Part shown: piece by piece, positions 27,973 to 32,000 of the stretch
How positions within the stretch are numbered: position 1 is the first letter of the stretch
Layout: each line of letters opens with the position of its first letter
Assembly (NCBI RefSeq): GCF_000018465.1
Contig: NC_010085.1
Coordinates: 120,001 to 152,000 of the forward strand
Source of the DNA: Nitrosopumilus maritimus SCM1
GTDB taxonomy: Archaea > Thermoproteota > Nitrososphaeria > Nitrososphaerales > Nitrosopumilaceae
Direction of reading: 5' to 3'
DNA: 32,000 nucleotides
The notes under the pieces: model-generated
Database searches by the model: none
Told to the model about the DNA's origin: nothing
What the model saw: the letters and a program-made list of their open reading frames with translations, nothing else
Translations under genes and position numbers: made by a program

Positions 27973-28453
27973 GAAATAATCTCCGAATTACTAAGGCACA
28001 AGGTTTGTTGTTTTTCAAATTTTCTATTGCCCAATCACAACAAGATTTCCAATTAGAGTCAGTTAACACCTTTGATTTTAAACCAATAATTTTTAATAAA
28101 TCAGGTTGAATTTTTCCAATTTTTAGATGTTCAGGAGCATCATCTGATAAGTACCCTCTCCATCCTATCAAAAAAATTATTGGAATTTCGTATAATTGAA
28201 CTAATGATGTAATTGTACTTATGGAATTGGCAAATCCAGCATTTTGCATGAATACTAATGATGAACTTTTTGATATAGTAGTACCAGTTGCTATTCCAAT
28301 AGCTTCTTCTTCTCTAGTTGTAATGATGGAATTTTTATTTTTAATAGATTCGTCAATAAAGTGTTTCAGTGTAGAATCTGGGACCCCTATAAAATTTTCA
28401 ATTTTTTTCTTTTTTAGATAATGAAATAATTTTCTTTGATTTTTTTCATTCAA
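27965..28453 (-). CDS. ppd: Phosphonopyruvate decarboxylase, pyrimidine-binding (N-terminal/alpha) subunit
   Basis: NFIGVPDSTLKHFIDE; ITTREEEAIGIATGTTISKSSSLVFMQNAGFANSISTITSL; LIGWRGYLSDDAPEHLKIG. Confidence 0.87.
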   Translation of the reverse strand: MNEKNQRKLFHYLKKKKIENFIGVPDSTLKHFIDESIKNKNSIITTREEEAIGIATGTTISKSSSLVFMQNAGFANSISTITSLVQLYEIPIIFLIGWRGYLSDDAPEHLKIGKIQPDLLKIIGLKSKVLTDSNWKSCCDWAIENLKNNKPCALVIRRLFHD

Positions 28454-29349
28454 TTTATGTAACCCAATTTTTTAAGATTTTTTTCTATATCTGTTTCTTG
28501 TTTTTTTATTTCATACATTTCTTGCAGTTTAAAAATTTCTTCCATTGTAGTCATATTTGATTTTATTTGACTGAGACTTTTAGCTTTAGATAGTTGCTCC
28601 AGATGTTCTTTCATTGCTAAATGTGCTACTCGAAGTGATTGATTTGCATAAATTGCTATTCTTATTTTGTGTTTTTCTAATTCATCAATAGTTACATTTG
28701 GATATGATGTTGGAATTGCAATTATGGGTATATCTCCGTCCCACAAATCACAAAATTCAAAAATCTCATCAGGAGTTTTACTCTTTGAATGAATTAAAAT
28801 CGCATCTGCCCCAGCTTTTTTGTATGCATTAGCTCTTTTCAATGCTTCATCTACCCCTAATCCAGCTATTAATGCCTCCACTCTGGCAATGATCATAAAA
28901 TTTTCATTTACTTTAGCATTTTTAGCTGCAATTAATTTTGCAACAAAATCTTTTTCTGATAACAATTGTTGATTACCGTTTTCCAATAAACTGTTTTGTT
29001 TAGGAAAAATCTTATCCTCAATACTAACTGCAGCCACTCCTGCACTTTCATATTTTTTTACCATGTGACTCACATTGCTCGGTCCACCAAACCCTGTATC
29101 GCAATCTGCAATAACTGGAATTGAGCAAGCATCAGTCATATTAGATGCTACAGAAAGAAATTCTGTCATTGTAAGAATACTGGCATCTGGTAATGCATGA
29201 GTTGCAGAAATTGCAAAACTCCCGGCCCAAATTGCATCAAAACCGCTCAATTCCACTAATTTTGCCGACATTGCATCAAATGCACCAGCAACTTTCAAAA
29301 TTGATTTTTGATTAAGTTGAGAGTTTAGTATGTTTGCACCATCATTCAT
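28450..29349 (-). CDS. ppm: Phosphoenolpyruvate phosphomutase
   Basis: VAGAFDAMSAKLVELSGFDAIWAGSF; PVIADCDTGFGG; SIEDKIFPKQNS, the PEP-mutase EDKxxPKxNS signature; IARVEALIAGLGVDEAL. Confidence 0.95.
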   Translation of the reverse strand: MNDGANILNSQLNQKSILKVAGAFDAMSAKLVELSGFDAIWAGSFAISATHALPDASILTMTEFLSVASNMTDACSIPVIADCDTGFGGPSNVSHMVKKYESAGVAAVSIEDKIFPKQNSLLENGNQQLLSEKDFVAKLIAAKNAKVNENFMIIARVEALIAGLGVDEALKRANAYKKAGADAILIHSKSKTPDEIFEFCDLWDGDIPIIAIPTSYPNVTIDELEKHKIRIAIYANQSLRVAHLAMKEHLEQLSKAKSLSQIKSNMTTMEEIFKLQEMYEIKKQETDIEKNLKKLGYIN

Positions 29350-29379
29350 TTCAATCAGTTATGCTTAGCAAATAATTTA

Positions 29380-29395
29380 ATCTATTATAATAGAT
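29380..29395. repeat. 16-bp perfect palindrome ATCTATTATAATAGAT in the ppm/Fe-ADH divergent intergenic region
   Basis: Direct reading: ATCTATTA followed by its reverse complement TAATAGAT. Centre is ~24 nt upstream of the ATG at 29412 and ~38 nt from the ppm ATG. Confidence 0.8.
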
Positions 29396-29411
29396 CTTTT
29401 TTGTTCTTTAT

Positions 29412-30347
29412 ATGTGGACCATTAAACAGCCTCCAAAAATCATTTTTGGTAAAAATTGTGTATCTGAGTTTATTTTTCCGACAAAGTGTTTAGTTGTAAC
29501 ATCTAAAGGAGCAAAATCTAGAGGATGGCTTGATTATTGTGGGTTAAATGATCAAATGATTTTTAATAATGTTGAACCAAACCCTTCAATCGAAACAACA
29601 GAAAAAATTATTTCAGAATTCCAAAATTCTGATTTTACACATATTGTTGGTATTGGAGGGGGCAGCTCAATGGATGTTGCCAAATATTGTGGTTTTAAAA
29701 TGAATAAACAAAAACTCATGATTCCAACTACTTTTGGAAGCGGTAGTGAAGTAACCCGTATTTCCGTATTGAAGGTTAATGGAAAGAAAAAAAGTTTTCA
29801 TGATGATGGAATCTTTTCTGATACTGCATTAATTGATTCATTTTTTCTTGAAAATTCTACACCTAAAATTTTTAAGAATTCTGTCATAGATGCATGTGCA
29901 CAATGTACTGAAGCATATGATAGTAAATCATCAAATCCATATACGAAGTTTTTTTGTAATCAAGCTTTTGAATTGTTAGAAGAAGGAATTCTTACAAATA
30001 ATAATGAAAAAATTGTATTGGGATCCTTATTTGATGGATTGGGATTTGGAAATTCTTCTACTACTTTAGGACATGCACTGTCCTATGTTTTTTCAAATGA
30101 GGGAATTTCTCATGGTCATGCTTTAGCATTTACTACTTCTGCTGCTCACAAATTTAACAAATCAAAATATTTTGAACGATTTGAAAAACTAGTTTCTTTC
30201 TTAGGTTTTGAACCCATCACATTAGAGCAATCATTAGATCATGCTACAGAAACAATCTTACCTGATAAAAAACACCTTGATAATAACCCAATTCCTGTAT
30301 CGAAAGACGACATCTATAACTTGTTAAAAACAATTATTTCAAAATAA
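29412..30347 (+). CDS. Iron-containing alcohol dehydrogenase family, predicted phosphonoacetaldehyde reductase (to 2-hydroxyethylphosphonate)
   Basis: PPKIIFGKNCV; VGIGGGSSMDVAKYC; IPTTFGSGSEVTRISV; DACAQCTEAYDS; GHALSYVFSNEGISHGHALAFTTSAAHKFN; located with ppm/ppd/mpnS. Confidence 0.88.
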   Translation: MWTIKQPPKIIFGKNCVSEFIFPTKCLVVTSKGAKSRGWLDYCGLNDQMIFNNVEPNPSIETTEKIISEFQNSDFTHIVGIGGGSSMDVAKYCGFKMNKQKLMIPTTFGSGSEVTRISVLKVNGKKKSFHDDGIFSDTALIDSFFLENSTPKIFKNSVIDACAQCTEAYDSKSSNPYTKFFCNQAFELLEEGILTNNNEKIVLGSLFDGLGFGNSSTTLGHALSYVFSNEGISHGHALAFTTSAAHKFNKSKYFERFEKLVSFLGFEPITLEQSLDHATETILPDKKHLDNNPIPVSKDDIYNLLKTIISK

Positions 30348-30348
30348 T

Positions 30349-30645
30349 TTACTCATCAAAAATTATAACTTCATTTTGATTTTCGATGACTCTATAATTT
30401 TTTAAATCTCTACCTGGATTAGTTACACAATTTCCTTTAGAAATATCAAATTCCCATCCATGACCCCCACAAGTTAATGTTTGTCCTTTAACAAATCCCA
30501 ATTCTAATGGCCATTTGGCATGAGGACAGATTCCACTAACTGCAAAAATTTGTTCCCCGTTATTAAAAACAATAATTTTTGGACTGACTGATACTTCGAC
30601 TAATTTACCAATAGGAATATCTTGTTTTTTTACAGTGAATTTCAT
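30349..30645 (-). CDS. Rieske [2Fe-2S] protein (CMAH N-terminal-domain-like)
   Basis: CPHAKWPLELGFVKGQTLTCGGHGWEFDISKGNCVTNP (CxH...CxxH); 98 aa stand-alone. Confidence 0.9.
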   Translation of the reverse strand: MKFTVKKQDIPIGKLVEVSVSPKIIVFNNGEQIFAVSGICPHAKWPLELGFVKGQTLTCGGHGWEFDISKGNCVTNPGRDLKNYRVIENQNEVIIFDE

Positions 30646-30647
30646 AA

Positions 30648-31970
30648 TTAATGTAATCTATTATAGATTTTGTATATATTGCTAATTCTTGTTGGATCTG
30701 GATCATATAGCAAATTAATGAAATGTTCGTTCCATTGATCAGGTTTTCTATCCCCTTGCCACCTAGCTGATAAAAATAATGTTTCCCAAAGTAGTTCATT
30801 ATTAACTGCTTTTTGAACTAAATGTGCAGGGATTTTCATCCAATAATTCCAATCATCCGTTTTTCCTTCTGTTACAAAAGAACCTGATTCCTTATCTTTA
30901 GAAATATCTAAAATATACTCTCCTCCATTTTTACCGTCTGCAATCAGTTGAACTTTCATATCGATATGTTTTCGTGCAACAGGGTTTTCAGAGATTATTT
31001 TGTTGAAATAATCATATATCTCATTAGATAATTTTTGTGAAGCTTCTCCTTCTTCCTTCCATCGTCTATTAAGATCTTCTTGAACTTGGATTGAAAACTC
31101 ATTTACTACATCTGTCTTGTCTGATGAAAAAATTGGATTATTATTTTTGGTGTGTGTGCCATCAATTGAAATTTCATCATCTGCTGCCATGGCTACCACT
31201 TCTGTTCCTAAATTTCCACTATTATCCCACGCCTTTTTTGGTTCATCAGGACATCCAAAAACTGAGATGGGATAGTTTAGTTTTAGTTGAGATTCATGAG
31301 GAAATAATGGGCCTCCAGCATACGGAATAGCAAATTTTGGTTTTATAGTATTTACATAATTTACAAATCCATTGATTTTATTGTCTTTTCTTTTAATAGC
31401 AATTTCATCTCGTTTCTCTTTTGAATAATTATATGCATCTGGATACCAGTTTGCCACAGAATACATGAAAAATCCAATATCTGGTTTTGCAGCATTTACT
31501 TTCTTAAGGGATTCAAAATCCATTTTACAATCAGTCTGACAAAAAACTGTTCCTTCTTTGCTTTTGATAAGTAAAGCGGAATCCTCAAACATCAAATCTG
31601 GGTTTTTAATAGATGTGATTTCTAAACCCTCATTAATTTTTTCAGGTTTCCAAGAGTCAAGAACAGTGATGTTAGAAAATCCTAATTCTTTGATAGCATT
31701 ATGAAATCTATTTGTTGGAAAATTACAAATATAGATTTGTGTTTTTTTATCAAATTGACATAATGATTCTGCTTGAAAATGATCTTCATGTTCATGAGAA
31801 ATGTAAATTGCGTCAACGTCAGTAGGAATGTTTTTCTTTGTAGCTGGTTCTCTTCTAAGTGTATACCATGTGTTTACATTGCAAGGACCAACAATCCATG
31901 GATCAACAATTATTCTAAAATTATTCGTTTCAATTAGTGTACAAGCTTGTCCTAAAAATCTTACAAACAT
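30648..31970 (-). CDS. MBL-fold protein resembling the hydroxylase domain of CMP-N-acetylneuraminate monooxygenase (CMAH)
   Basis: RIIVDPWIVGPCNVNTWYTLRREP...AIYISHEHEDHF (HxHxDH); TIKPKFAIPYAGGPLFPHES; C-terminal VNNELLWETLFLSARWQGDRKPDQWNEHFINLLY. These parallel recalled CMAH segments FDPWLIGP...W..LHEPP...IYISHLHSDH, PRIYCPFAGYFVESHP and VKNGLLWDELYIGFQTRLQRDPDIYHHLFWNHF. Confidence 0.85.
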   Translation of the reverse strand: MFVRFLGQACTLIETNNFRIIVDPWIVGPCNVNTWYTLRREPATKKNIPTDVDAIYISHEHEDHFQAESLCQFDKKTQIYICNFPTNRFHNAIKELGFSNITVLDSWKPEKINEGLEITSIKNPDLMFEDSALLIKSKEGTVFCQTDCKMDFESLKKVNAAKPDIGFFMYSVANWYPDAYNYSKEKRDEIAIKRKDNKINGFVNYVNTIKPKFAIPYAGGPLFPHESQLKLNYPISVFGCPDEPKKAWDNSGNLGTEVVAMAADDEISIDGTHTKNNNPIFSSDKTDVVNEFSIQVQEDLNRRWKEEGEASQKLSNEIYDYFNKIISENPVARKHIDMKVQLIADGKNGGEYILDISKDKESGSFVTEGKTDDWNYWMKIPAHLVQKAVNNELLWETLFLSARWQGDRKPDQWNEHFINLLYDPDPTRISNIYKIYNRLH

Positions 31971-32000
31971 AAGTTTGTTTTAACCCAAATGGATTTAAAA

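Noticed and set aside
27424-28453. Acetolactate synthase or sulfopyruvate decarboxylase as the function of the split TPP enzyme
   Set aside because: Genomic coupling to PEP mutase, Fe-ADH and mpnS makes phosphonopyruvate decarboxylase the best call; sequence alone cannot fully exclude the ComDE type.
22132-31330. ORFs 22132..22320, 23352..23537, 26443..26652, 28221..28421, 30605..30799 and 31091..31330
   Set aside because: Embedded in confident genes in other frames or strands, without support.
1-32000. CRISPR arrays, tRNA/rRNA genes, transposases, integrases, phage or defence systems
   Set aside because: Read for regularly spaced repeats, recognisable tRNA/rRNA sequence and mobile-element proteins; none seen. 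All major ORFs fit surface-glycan or phosphonate metabolism.

Overview
AT-rich, densely packed archaeal window. The likely host is a marine ammonia-oxidising Nitrososphaerota/Thaumarchaeota related to Nitrosopumilus; this is inferred from gene content and leaderless-looking promoters. It reads as a cell-surface glycan and phosphonate island in which strand switches every few genes. From left to right: (a) an unlisted partial 2OG-Fe(II) oxygenase-like ORF; (b) a nonulosonic-acid-type sugar block (NeuB-family synthase, DegT aminotransferase, GNAT, formyltransferase, SpsF-type cytidylyltransferase, Gfo/Idh/MocA, DUF4910/M28-like); (c) an unexpected acyl-carrier-protein system for an archaeon (AcpS-type 4'-phosphopantetheinyl transferase, DmpG-like aldolase, AMP-forming ligase, metal-dependent 'cyclase', ACP, AAC(3)-like N-acyltransferase); (d) sugar-nucleotide genes (WxcM/FdtA-like cupin, PseB-like dehydratase, class III aminotransferase, cytidylyltransferase, Gmd, TIM-barrel isomerase, second NeuB, Gfo/Idh/MocA); (e) a complete predicted methylphosphonate route (PEP mutase, two-subunit phosphonopyruvate decarboxylase, Fe-ADH, MPnS with the 2-His-1-Gln pattern) plus a PntC/LicC-like nucleotidyltransferase and two alkaline-phosphatase-superfamily proteins with Thr at the sulfatase Cys/Ser position; (f) a Rieske protein next to an MBL-fold protein that together resemble a split CMP-Neu5Ac hydroxylase (CMAH). 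The leads I rate highest are the ACP-dependent acyl module, the split CMAH-like pair beside the methylphosphonate genes, and the Thr-nucleophile 'sulfatases' as candidate phosphonyl/phosphoryl transferases or esterases.
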